Shown in pieces: positions 29,034 to 43,605 of a stretch of 64,000 nucleotides of DNA. Below the pieces are notes generated by a model, which did not search any database, was not told the DNA's origin, and worked only from the letters and a program-made list of their open reading frames with translations. The number at the start of each line of letters is the position of its first letter. Positions within the stretch are counted from its first letter, which is position 1. The translations under genes and the position numbers were made by a program. The stretch lies in NCBI RefSeq assembly GCF_009914755.1, contig NC_060926.1. One strand, 5' to 3'. The stretch is from the human T2T-CHM13v2.0 reference genome, Homo sapiens.

Positions 29034-32000
29034 CCATATATGTCTATCTTTTTAAAAATCAAATACAGGCATTTATATATTCTGCAAAATAAATGCCAAA
29101 ATACCAGTACTGCAATTAATGTCACAGTTATTCTCATAACATAATGAGCTCAGTTGCTTAATTGCATGGTAGAAAGGTGGATTTTCTATTTTAATGGCCC
29201 CTGGAAGAGTCTCAGAGGCTACCAACTTTTAAAATTTTTTAAAATAAGAGGATCTTAATTTTTATTTTACTATGTAGTTACTGTTGCCCATCTGTTTCAT
29301 CTTGCCCTTGACTGGATATTCTTAATACATAGAAATGTAAATGAAAAGCTAGTTTTCAAAGGGTAATTAAAGGACTTTGGTAAAAAGGAAGAGAGCAACC
29401 AGAAATATTTGATTTAGGATGACCTGGATGACTGAAAAGAGAAAATCCAAATAGTTTTTTCCCTCTTTGGGTAGTCGACCAAGAAGTAAGCTCAGCATCT
29501 GAATTAGCTCAAAGGGAAAACAGACCAGTAGAAATGGGGTGTGAACTCCATAGCTAAGCTCTGGTCTGATAAAGTGACTTCCCAGCCAGGAAGCTCACAC
29601 TGTTACACAGTGAGCTAAGTGTTCCCAGTCCCTCCCATCTGCCCATAGATATGTACAGCAGCACCACGGTGGGGCTCTTTCTATTCTGCAACCAGCTGTG
29701 CCAGCCCATAGAGTGCCTCACTTCTCCATGGAGCATTAAGCACTCCCTAGCTTCTTCCTCCAAGTTTCTGCATTACATCTCTCCCTGGAGGCTGCCATGG
29801 GTTGGGGCTGGCACCTTTGCATTCCATCCATGTTTGCTTATTGATGGATCAATTGATTGATCAGACTTTACAGATTTCCTATCCCACCCCTTGGACAAGT
29901 CCTTTTAAGCTCTCTAAGTATCAGTTAATTCATTCTGCAAAATATGGGAAAATATGTAAAATATGGGAAGATGGTCTCTATGACTCTTTTTTGCCCTAAC
30001 TTTATATAAATCTATGCTACAATTTCAGATTTTAAGGCATATTTTTTTAAATATCATGTATAGCTACAAAAGGAACTATAAATGCCATCGACTAACACAT
30101 AGGGAAAGAAAAGTACCCTTTTCTTCCTAGGGTCTTAAGGCTTATTTTAGATGGGAAATTTGAGTTTACCTCAACCTTGAGTTTTCAACTCATTCCCCTG
30201 CTCTGTTTTGGGCCACTCTTGTTTATAGAGGTAACTCTGAGATCACCCTAAAACTATGTATAAGCTGAAATATTCATTATCAATGTCAGTGGCAGGTTCT
30301 CCTCCAGTGATCAGGCTATAAAACACAAATATAATTCTGAAAAGCAAAATTTTATAAACACAAAATGACTATCTGTATGATAGCATTATCAGCAAAGCTT
30401 TGCTCTTCCTCTTCTGACTAGAATTTCTAATTAATTGTTTTCTAATGCTCTTTTATACAGCCCTGTGGAATGTTTCCTTGAGACATTCACATATGCAAGG
30501 TGGCTTTGTGCTGTGTTCTCCTGCCACCCACTCATCACCCACACGCACCTGCCCTCCTGCTCCCCGCTGACTCAGCGGCCCAGCCTCCTCCCACACAGGC
30601 CCAGTGACCCGGCACCCACTCAACCACCTTCTTGTTTGTTCTCCCACAAACCCACCCACTCATCTTCTCTCCTTCACGCAGGTAGACGTTTTCACACTCC
30701 CACTGCTCAGCAGACAAAGCTCAAGAATGTGCTTTGGGCGGTAGTGGCGGGGTGAGGGAGAATAATTTTTTTCTAATGACCATTATGTTTTTTTCCTTGA
30801 TCAACAAGTTTATCCACAAATGAGTAGTTGATAAACAGTCATTTTTATGCTTAGATTATTTTTTCAATACTTCCTCTACTCAATAATTGGATTTTCTATT
30901 TTTGAAAACTCTACCACAACGTATATGTATACACTTTGAGCATTGTAACTTGTTTCAGTGAAAACACACTCCCCATCTTTTGTCTAAATTGAAATATTTC
31001 ACTCACATTTTGAAGTGAACGGGTGCACCAATGAGATAATGGCTTATTGGGATGGTTATTTGTAATGATGGTGTCTGAGCTATAGCTGGAATCAATAGGC
31101 TGCCTGACAAGATTAATTGGCTGTGAATTATGCCAGAGCAATTCCAGAGCCAATACCAGAAACAAGGGCCAGCCCACTCATCAAAGCCCTGCCAAGGCCT
31201 CCCTACTCTGTGGGGCTGGCCCCAGGGGAGGCGGGGAGGCCAACCTCTGCTACTTGTTTATGTTTTTAAGGCTACTAGAAAGGCTTCCCTGAATCACCCT
31301 AATGTTGCTATCCTAATGTTCCAGAATTAAAGTCACTCCTGAGTCCTCTGAGTATTTAGAGTATGAAGAATTAGAAAGATATTGCTGCAGTTTCTTCCCA
31401 TTCATGGCAACTATTTTTATCCTTTCAAGGAGCTCAGATCATATGCCACATGGTGTGAACAGAATCTATTCTGCAATATTATGAATCCAATCTTGAAGAG
31501 GAAATATGTGTATAATAGTGGATTTTAAGAAGTGGACTACTGAATTTGTGTTTACTTATTTATTTATTTTTTGCTTTTTAAATATCATAACTAATGTGAA
31601 CTCCAGGAACCATTTGTCCTTCTCTTTTATCTCTCCAAGGTGTAGCACAGTGCCTGACATGTAGTAGCACTCAATCCATGGCTGGAAACTTGCTTCAGAT
31701 CCCTGGCATTTTATCTTGTCAGCACTAAGCTTTAGGGCCAATTTTATTCAATTTTATATGTACCAGTCTTTTACTCTTGATTTTGAATACAACTACTCTT
31801 TCCTTTAAATTTCCACAAAAATTTGCTATGCCCTCTTATGTATTTTATCACTTTCTCTCTTGAATCATATTTAATCTTAAAGCTCTTAATGGCTCATAGG
31901 ACTTTTAAGGCAGATCTATATGATTTAACTTTGTATCCCCACCTAAAGCAAAGCTTCTCACGTAAAAATCTCCACGTATAAAAAGGTGCAAGCTGGGTGC

Positions 32001-32677
32001 AAAAGCAAGAGACAAGTAAGGACCTCTTGGCTCATTCAACTGCCACATGGTGATAGAACTGCCACTAAGTTTCTAGTTGCTGGATTCTCGCTAAAGATGG
32101 CAGAATGAACACAGGCATATCTCTTATATCTCTTCTCTCAATAGAGAACAGGAGAGGGGTGATGAGTAGATGAGACATTTCATAAATATTTGTTGGAAAG
32201 AGAATGGAGGAAGGTTAACTGATGTAAAAGGAGAGAAAGCCATAGTCTAAAGTGTGTGCAGTGGGGTGTACTGAAGATAAATAAGACATTTCACCTTGAA
32301 GACCTGAAGGAAGCTCAAGACTTGGAGTCATCAGTCTTGGCAGAGAGTGGGGGTGAGGTACGGAGTGCAAAGTTTGAGATAAGTTCAAAGCTTATGTATG
32401 GAACAGTCAACTACTCTTGTGCCCCAGATACAGAATATCAGCAGCCAAGCTACTCCCTCCTGCTCCAGGAGGAAATACGAATTTTTTTTTTAATCAAGAG
32501 ACACCCAGTAGGAATGGCCTGAGCATCAGAAAAACCAAGCCTGATAGAAGAAAGAAGGCAGGAGGACCTAAACAATCAAATGAATTGCAAGTCTGCACTG
32601 GGAATGGTTGGATTATCTGTGCTCTCTCCCCTCCTACACAATGAAAGCACTATTAATCAGGGAACTAACCCCTAGGC

Positions 32678-33658
32678 CAATGTTTCTAAATTGTGGGTTA
32701 TGAACTCAGTTATGATTAGTGGAGTATAAAATCTGTTTAATGGGTCATAACCAACATTTTCTTGGGTTGGGTTCCTTGAGAAGCAGACTTTGAGGTGGAG
32801 TTGAGAGTTCAGAACATTTATTAGGGTTTGTCCTTGGGACCAATATCTGTGGAAGGATACAGAATTGGACAAAAAGAGAATGCGAGCTGTGATACAAGAC
32901 CCAATGATTATTTCACCCAGCCCCACGAGGAGCACTGAAGCTAGACTGGCTTTTCAGAGTTGTCCCACACCAGGCCAAGATGTCCAGGACTTTATTCTCT
33001 GTCATAGGCTGAATTGCATCTCCCCAAAATTCATATGTTGAAGTCCCAACACAGAGAACCTCAGAATGTAGCCTTATTTGGAAATATGCTCTTTGAAAGG
33101 ATGATTAAGTTAAAACAAAGCCATTAGGATAGGGCAGTAATCCAGGAGTATTTGTGTCCTTATAAGAAGAGAAAGACACACAGGGACACCCACATGTACA
33201 AAGAACAGTGAGACTTCCAGCCACCAGAACTGTGAGAAAATTAATTTCTGTTGTTTAAGCCACTAAATCTGTGGCATTTTGTTATGGCAGCCCTAGAAAA
33301 CTAATATCTCCCCCCACCCCCCAACCCTTACTGGATGTGGCCACAGGAAGTATGACCCTGGGCAAGGCAGCTCTGCACTGAAGCAATCCCTGAAAAGGCC
33401 AACAACTGAAGAGTCCCCACCAGCAGCCATCTCACAGTCTGGGGCAACTAGTCCCTTCATTGCAGTGTATCTAATGGATATATAATGGTCCATCACAAAC
33501 ATGAAAGAAAATAAAATTCAGTAGACTAGATAGAGAATGTCAGAGAGCATTCTATGAAGAGAAAGTAAATATTGTTTCACAAAACATTTTTGTCTTTATA
33601 AATATATGTGAGTGTGTTGACTGGGACTTGATGAAAAAGAATTTCTTACTGTCAGGTT
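32678..33658. mobile_element. Old hAT (Charlie-type) MITE split by an ancient ERVL-class LTR (~32760-33500), itself split by MLT1B (~33000-33308, plus strand)
   Basis: MITE halves: caatgtttctaaattgtgggttatg...ttaatgggtcataaccaacatt and agtaaatattgtttcacaaaac...gaatttcttactgt. LTR: ttgggttccttgagaagcagactttgaggtggag. MLT1B: tgtcataggctgaattgcatctccccaaaattcatatgttgaag...ttgttatggcagccctagaaaactaata. Confidence 0.65.
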
Positions 33659-33659
33659 T

Positions 33660-34097
<438 letters not shown>

Positions 34098-34959
34098 TTC
34101 AGAAGTCACTCACCTAGGAAATATAGGGGGTTTTTTCCCCAAAAAAGTTAAATATACAACAGATAACAGGTTTTCCATACCATACAAAAGTGAAACCCAT
34201 CACTCTACAAACACCGTCTACCCACACAGAGCTCTTCGTCAGCTTTTGAGTGCTCTATTCTTAAATATAAGTCGGCAAAAAAATACCATGAGGCATGTAA
34301 ATCATACCTCTAACCTAAAAGAGAGGAGGAAACATGAAAAACAGAAAATGGAATATAAAGGGAAACTATAGAAAATAGAAAAATACTGTTTAAATGCTAA
34401 TTTATAGCCTGAAAAATTATGAGATTTGTATCTATAAAATAAAAGCAGAATGCGATGATAAAAGAACAATTAGATAAAAAAGGAAGGAGCTCTTGGAAAC
34501 TAAAAATATAATTTTAAAAACTTCAGTAGTAGGAGTAGGAGATAAAGTTGAGGAAGTCTGCTGAAAATAGAACCAAAAGATGAGTAGATTAACAATAAGA
34601 AAGGAAAGGTATGAGACTTAGACTATCCATCTAGTAGGAACAATATCTGACTACAAGGAGCTCAAGAAAGAGAAGAAATGGAGGAAAAAGTATACAAGAA
34701 AAGTTCCCAGAACTGAAGGCTATGTCTAAAAATCGAAGGTACCAAGTACTCAACACAACAAATAAAAAACGGCCCACACCAAGGCACATCATTGAGATGT
34801 GTCAGACCATTGGGAATAATGAGAGAATCCCAAAAGCTTTCAGAAGAAGAAAAAAGAATTAGTCTTATGCTAAGAGTAGGTATCAGAATGCATCAGACTG
34901 CTTGCTCAACTACAATATTGGACTAGGGAAAGCAATGAACGATGCCTTAAGAATTATGA

Positions 34960-35424
<465 letters not shown>

Positions 35425-35837
35425 TAAGGGGAAGAAAACAAGAAAGAGGAAGACATTGGATCCAAGAAATGGGGGATCTATCACCTTACAGATGAAAAGA
35501 GAATCTACATGATCTTTGTGAAGGTGATTTGAGCATAGCAGCTCTGCAGGAAACCTGGAGAGCAACAAGTGAGATTAATACAGGACACACAGCTCTAGTA
35601 AGGATGTCACTAAGGAAATTAAAATCATTTGTTGTAGAATACTTTATGAATCAATGCAGTAAGAGGAGGTTTACACTTCTGGTGAAGAATAGGGAATGAA
35701 TTTGTGATAGGCATGTAGAAAATTATGCAAACAAATAAAATAATAATCAACTCCTGGGAAAATAGGAATTTGTACCAAAAGTGTCAATATAATCTTATAT
35801 ATATATGCCTCAGTTTTGAATAATATTTGTCATTTTA

Positions 35838-36242
<405 letters not shown>

Positions 36243-37639
36243 CTAAATCCGTATCTCCCACAGAAGGGAGTCATAGATAATAATATCTGGAACTGAAAAA
36301 AAAATCAAGAAACAGCAGTTTAAAATGTGGAGATAAACACCAAAAGAAACAGCTGAGGCCAGGTGTGGTGGCTCACACTGAAAGACTTGAGCAAGTTTGC
36401 TTTTGGGAATGGAAATGGAATTAGAACATGCAGGTTGTACAGGGAAAAGGGCTGCTCTTTGTCTTTTAGACTTTGAGGAGCTATTTGGCTTTTAAAGCTC
36501 TGTGCATTTATAACTTAGATGGAAAATATAAACAATTTTAGAAAGAAAAATGACAATATATGTATTTTTGAGATATGGAGGCAAACATTCTAAACGCTAA
36601 AAAGAGAAAAGCTTGAGAGTGGTTTCTTTTGGGGAGCAGGACAGGAGTTGATTTTCACTGTAATTATTACTAAGCCATTGATTTTATAGAGTTGTGAGGC
36701 CATTACCTTGAGACAAATTTTAAATAAAAAATAAAAAAAGGAAAGTCCAGGAAGGAATTCAGGCATGAGGACATTTAAGAACTTTGAATTTTAGCTTTGT
36801 TGCTTGTAGTTTCCCAATTTTAAAAATCTTTAACATCTTCCATACCAGGAGATAAGCAGTAAATGAGAGAACACATTTGGAAGCTCTTGGTAGACTGAAA
36901 ATAACTAAGGGAGGTTCCCTTCTTTCCTCTTACAGATAAAACTTGGTTTTCAATAGTATAAACTCAATCTTTGAAAAACCCACCTCTTTTCCTAGACTCA
37001 CAAGGGTGCTTCCATGACATCTTGGATATAAAAGGAATACTTAGTGTACATGTGAATAATTAAGTCATTTTTTAAAATGCCCTATGTGAAATAAGAAATT
37101 ACCTCTGTGTAATTCAACTAGTCTTGCAATGAGACCCTTTCTCCAACAATAAAGTGCAATAAATAATTTACTCACATGACTTTTCTCAAGCTTTAATGAT
37201 TTTTGAATGAGTCCCAGATTCCATTTTTATTTACAGCAGATTCCATTTTTATTTAACAGTAATTAGAAACAATCCACTCATTGTGGAATGCCATCAGAGC
37301 TGGGCTGTGGTGAATGGGTTAGGAGTAGGGAATTGAGAAATTGATCCCCACAGCTCTTGGGGTAGGCAGTCCTCCTGGATCAGTAGCCTCTGGACAAGAG
37401 CAACCAAATTGTTTTACCCAGTGTTGTACAATTATGATTGTCTTTGGTTGCCATATCACAAAAAAGGTTGGGAAGCACTGCCTTGAACAGTTGCCATAAA
37501 AATCCCTTATAAGGACTGATAGTCTGATAGTCATTTAGGTAAAGTCTTGTTCATTTGTTTACTTACAAAATGTATAAGAAAATTTGCATATCTTTAAATG
37601 AGTTTTTGATGTTTCCAAATCTGAGTGGAAACATGTAAC

Positions 37640-38160
37640 ATTAGGTTTATGAATGAGTTTGAATAAAGTTCAACTACAAGTAACTTAATAGAGACCCCAA
37701 TATAATAGTTGAAACAATTTATATCATTATTCCTTCCTGTAAAAAGAACTCTGGAGAAAGCCAGCCCAAGGGTAGCATGGTGGCCTCGTTGTCTTCAGGG
37801 ATCCTGGTTCCTTTCAGCTTTTGCTCTTACATGGCCAAGGTAATCTTCTTAGCAGGAAGCTAAGCCTCCTCCTCGGAGCTGGGAGCCAGAATGTCCACAC
37901 CCCAAAGACAGGATGAAGCAGGAGGATGGAGCAACAGGATGGAGGAGGAGAAGAACAGTGCACCCTTTTCCAGGGGGGAATTCCCAGAAATCACCATTCT
38001 ATTTCCATTTGGGTCTCCCTAGTCACATGTCCACACAAAGCTGTAAGCATGGATGCAAAATGTGTTCTTTTAGTGGGGTAGTGCTATGTCCAGCTTAAAA
38101 TAGCAGTACTATTAGTTTGAGAGAGAAGAGGGAAAAGGGATATTCAGTAGGCACCCATGT
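37640..38160 (-). mobile_element. Old MLT1 (J/K-like) LTR
   Basis: caactacaagtaac...cagggatcctggttcctttcagctt...gtcacatgtccacacaaagctgtaag...atgtgttctttta. Confidence 0.55.
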
Positions 38161-38339
38161 CTTTACATGTTTTAGTAACTGCCATGTAATTCACTTCAAA
38201 CAAAAACAATCTGTCCATTAGTCATTTTATATATACTGCTAGAAAGGTTAACATAAGCATTAAGGAAGACCAGTTAGCAAATTTATTGTTTGGAGTCCCG
38301 ATTACATATTTTTGTTGGTTTTATTAATGATTTAGGCAC

Positions 38340-39008
<669 letters not shown>

Positions 39009-40162
39009 CTAGAGTCAAACCACAGGGTTTTACTTGAGCTAATAAATGTTGTATCCCATAGTAGCATTATGAAAGGGAAAGGAGTTGGCATTGGCAAAAT
39101 TGAACAATAACTGGTTTGTCTCTTTTCCCTCCCCTTCTCCCACTTCTTCCTTTTAATAGACTGTACTAATGAGATCACCTCCCTGCCCTCCACACACACA
39201 GTCTGAGTTTCCTGTTGCCCCACGGCTGCATAGATTCTTGGTCTCTCTACCCTCTCCACCTCTCCCCTCCCCATCCCCTGCACTACAGCATGCCTTGCCT
39301 GGAGCCCTTCTCAGTTATGCTCCCTAATCATTTCTAGCTGTTCAAAATGATGAAATTGCCCAAATTGGGGCCATTCAAAAAGCCATTTCTATGTGCTGCT
39401 TTATTATTTTCTGGGGTTTTTTTTAAAGTTTCCTCAAATGTTCCCACAAATAGAGAAGGTCTGTTTTCCTTCCAGAAAAGCAATATTTAAGATAAATTTT
39501 GATGATTAGTTGCATTTAAACTATAGCTAGTATATTTTCTCAGCTTTTTTAAATAATAAAAGTTAGAATAAAGAAATCTCAGGAAAAAAAGGAAAAAATG
39601 TATCTTTCCATTAACTTGTGACTTTCATCTTTGGACCTAAGGCAACTGCTTCAGTTATTGCTCTTTCCTTTCTAGGAGGTAGGGGTAAATAAGGCCTATA
39701 GAACATGTGCCTCAACAAGTTTTTTTCTGGGCAAAACTGGGAAGTTACACACATTCCTTCTGCTCATATTCTATTGACAAGAAATTAGTCATGTGGCAAT
39801 AACTAGATTCAAGGGAGGCTGGAAAATGTAGTCCATAGCTGGGCATCCCTGGTAGGTAGGAACTCTATTACTAAGAGGAGGAAGGGAGAGCAAATATGGA
39901 GCATGTTAGCAGTTTTTGCCACACAAATGTATCACACAGTTGCAATATAGTAAGATAATTTTATTTTGCTTTTTACTTAACATTATATCAAGAGCTTTTT
40001 TCCCATGTTACTACATGGTCTTCAGAATTATAAAGTAGTGGCTTTGTAATGATGTGTTGAGTGTATAATCAATAATTATTTAATTCTTCCTGTTGTCAAA
40101 AGTATAGATTCTTTCCAGTTCTTCACTATTACAAACAACGTCACAATAGATCTTTTCATGAG

Positions 40163-40164
<2 letters not shown>

Positions 40165-40219
<55 letters not shown>
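40165..40219. repeat. (TA)n microsatellite inside an old antisense L1 3' fragment (~39950-40360)
   Basis: About 23 uninterrupted TA units followed by TG(TA)3. Confidence 0.95.
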
Positions 40220-40620
40220 TTTATCTTTTGGGAATAATTCCCTTAGGATGAATTCCCAGAACTAGGATTACTAGGTCAAAGGGTGTGTAAACATTTTATG
40301 AATCTTAATGTTTTTGTTCCAAATTGGTTTCTGAGAAGACAGTTACCAATTTGTTCCCAAAAGAAAATGTGGACATTTTCTTATAAATGTGGGTGGAAGA
40401 CACATTCACACATCCCTATAGGTAGGTTGTTTTCATTTTTCAGGATCTGGCTAGAAACAGCACAAGGCAGCACAGGACTTGAGTCTGAATCCCTTGCTCT
40501 GTCACTTCCTGGCTATATAGCTGCAGGCAAGTACTTACTCTCCCTATGCCTCTGATTTCTTATTTTAAAGTTGAGGAAACAAGTAATTCCCTCATAAAGT
40601 TGTGTGTTAATCATTAAGGC

Positions 40621-41052
40621 TGTTGACAAATACTCTGTTTTCCCATCTTCTATGCACGTTAAAAATGTAATCTCCTATCTCTTTGAAGACAGATATGACC
40701 TTGGGACTTGCTTTAGCCAGTGGAATGGAAGCAGAAGTAACCTGTAATTTCCAGGTATATGTTTTAAAAGTCTGTGTGTAATTTGCTACTCTTCTCCCTT
40801 TGCCGTATGCCTGGTTTGTCTCTTTTCCCTCCCCTTCTCCCACTTCTTCCTTTTAATAGACTGGAAATGTTCCAGATAGTACCAGCTCTTTAAACCTGAG
40901 TCCTAGAGTAAAGATGGCAGAGTGGAGCCTCAAGCCAACGTGTGACAGATATGTAAATAGACCAAGAAATAAATCTTTGGGTGTTTTGAAGCACCTGAGA
41001 CTCTGAGGTTGTCTGTTATTGAAACGTAACCTAGCCTACCCTGACTGCTGCA
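40621..41052 (+). mobile_element. Old MLT1 (H/I-like) solo LTR inserted in a MIR (~40450-41120)
   Basis: gacttgctttagccagtggaatggaagcagaagt...aaatgttccagatag...aagaaataaatctttgggtgttttgaagc...taacctagcctaccctgactgctgca, with MIR halves on either side. Confidence 0.75.
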
Positions 41053-41135
41053 GGTTTTCTCAAGATTAATGAGATAATATGCATAAGATGTTGGACTAAT
41101 GGTAGAGCATTTTTATGGGTCCTTTTGCAATAATA

Positions 41136-41178
41136 TTAGGTTGGTGCAAAAGTAATTGTGGTTTTTGCCATTAGTTTC
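41136..41178 (+). mobile_element. Half MADE1 (Hsmar1 MITE / solo terminal inverted repeat)
   Basis: TA followed by ttaggttggtgcaaaagtaattgtggtttttgccattagttt matches the MADE1 left arm; the right arm is absent. Confidence 0.88.
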
Positions 41179-41789
41179 AGAGTTATTATTAATACAATTT
41201 ATTCATTCAATGCCTTCCATATGCCAGGCATTTGTGTACATTATCACTAATCTTCAGAATAAATTTGAAATATTATAAAAACCTCCATTTTATAAGGGAG
41301 AAAAAACAAAGCTTGGAATGGTTAGCATTCTGCCAAATGTCATCCAGCTAGGAAGCTGCAGAGCTGGCTTTCAAACCTCATGCGTTTCTCCCCTCTTTCT
41401 CTTTTTTCCTTGTCTTTGGAAGTTTATGTCATTGTTTTATTTTATTGCTATTTACATCATTGTGTGAATTCCTTTGCAACATTTGTTTATGAAATTCACA
41501 CTTATTCTTGCAACAAAACCTCTATTTTCTTAAATTTATTGCAAGATGAACAGAAATAAATTGAGTCAAAGGTACAGTAGCTTACAATTCAATCCCTTGC
41601 TCCAGAAAGTTCATGAACTCAAGCACCTTTTTCATTTTTCTTGGCTTGAATATGCCTGAAAGCAGTTAAGATATATGTGCTTATGAATGGAAAAAAAAAA
41701 GTGTTTCACAATTGGAGTGGAGTGAGTCAGGTTAGAATGAGCTAGATTCCATAAATTCTCAAGCCCTAATATTTACAGATTCTTTCTTA

Positions 41790-42489
<700 letters not shown>

Positions 42490-42948
42490 GACTCTGTTTC
42501 TTTTTACAGGAGCTCCCAGAATGCCAGTTTCCCACCATCCCCAACAAGTGGTTCTTCCTCCCTCCCACTGCAGTCCCACTCCTAACTCTGCAAAGCTTTG
42601 CTCAATTATTTTTAATTCAAAGCTCAAATTCTAAAGTATCTGATATAATAGACTATTTTTTTCTAATTTTTTTTTTTACTTTGCTAAACTTAGAAATTCC
42701 TTGTAGTATAATACTAAAGGTTAAAAAAAAAGTGTGTTCTTTTTAAAGCTCTCATCTGTTCATGATCTGATTAGCCAGTTTGTGGCATTTTAAAAAAATC
42801 TTTTCCTCTCTTTCATTTTCTCTTTTGAGCCATTTCACAGCTTGTTAGTACTTCTGATAATATAAAGTAGTCAAATAGATGAGATTAAATTAAATTTGCT
42901 CTCACATACAACTCTGGGTTTTAAAGGATATTGCTTGAAGGAAAGGTA

Positions 42949-43255
<307 letters not shown>

Positions 43256-43312
43256 TCATCTGTGAATTTTAGTGACCTATATTCATGAGTACTGTGAAAT
43301 GTTTCTGGTTTA

Positions 43313-43605
43313 CTTTTTTTTTTTTTTGAGGCAGGGTCTCCCTCTGTCACCCAGGCTGGAATGCACAATCGTGGTTTACTGCAGCCTCAACCTCCTGGGC
43401 TCAAGTGATCTTAATACTTCAGCCTCCTGAGTAGCTGGGACCACAGGTGCACACCACCACACCTGGCTTATTTTAAAATTTTTTTTCTAGAGACAGGGTC
43501 TCGCTATGCTGCCCAAGCTAGTCTTGAATTTCTGGTCTCAAGCAATCCTTCTGCCTTAGCCTCCCAAAGTGCTGGGATTACAAAAGTGAGCCAGCATGCC
43601 CTGCC
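43313..43605 (-). mobile_element. AluJ
   Basis: Poly-T followed by an antisense dimer with actgcagcctcaacctcctgggctcaag. Confidence 0.9.

Noticed and set aside
41136-41178. miR-548-type hairpin
   Set aside because: Only one MADE1 arm is present, so there is no fold-back partner.
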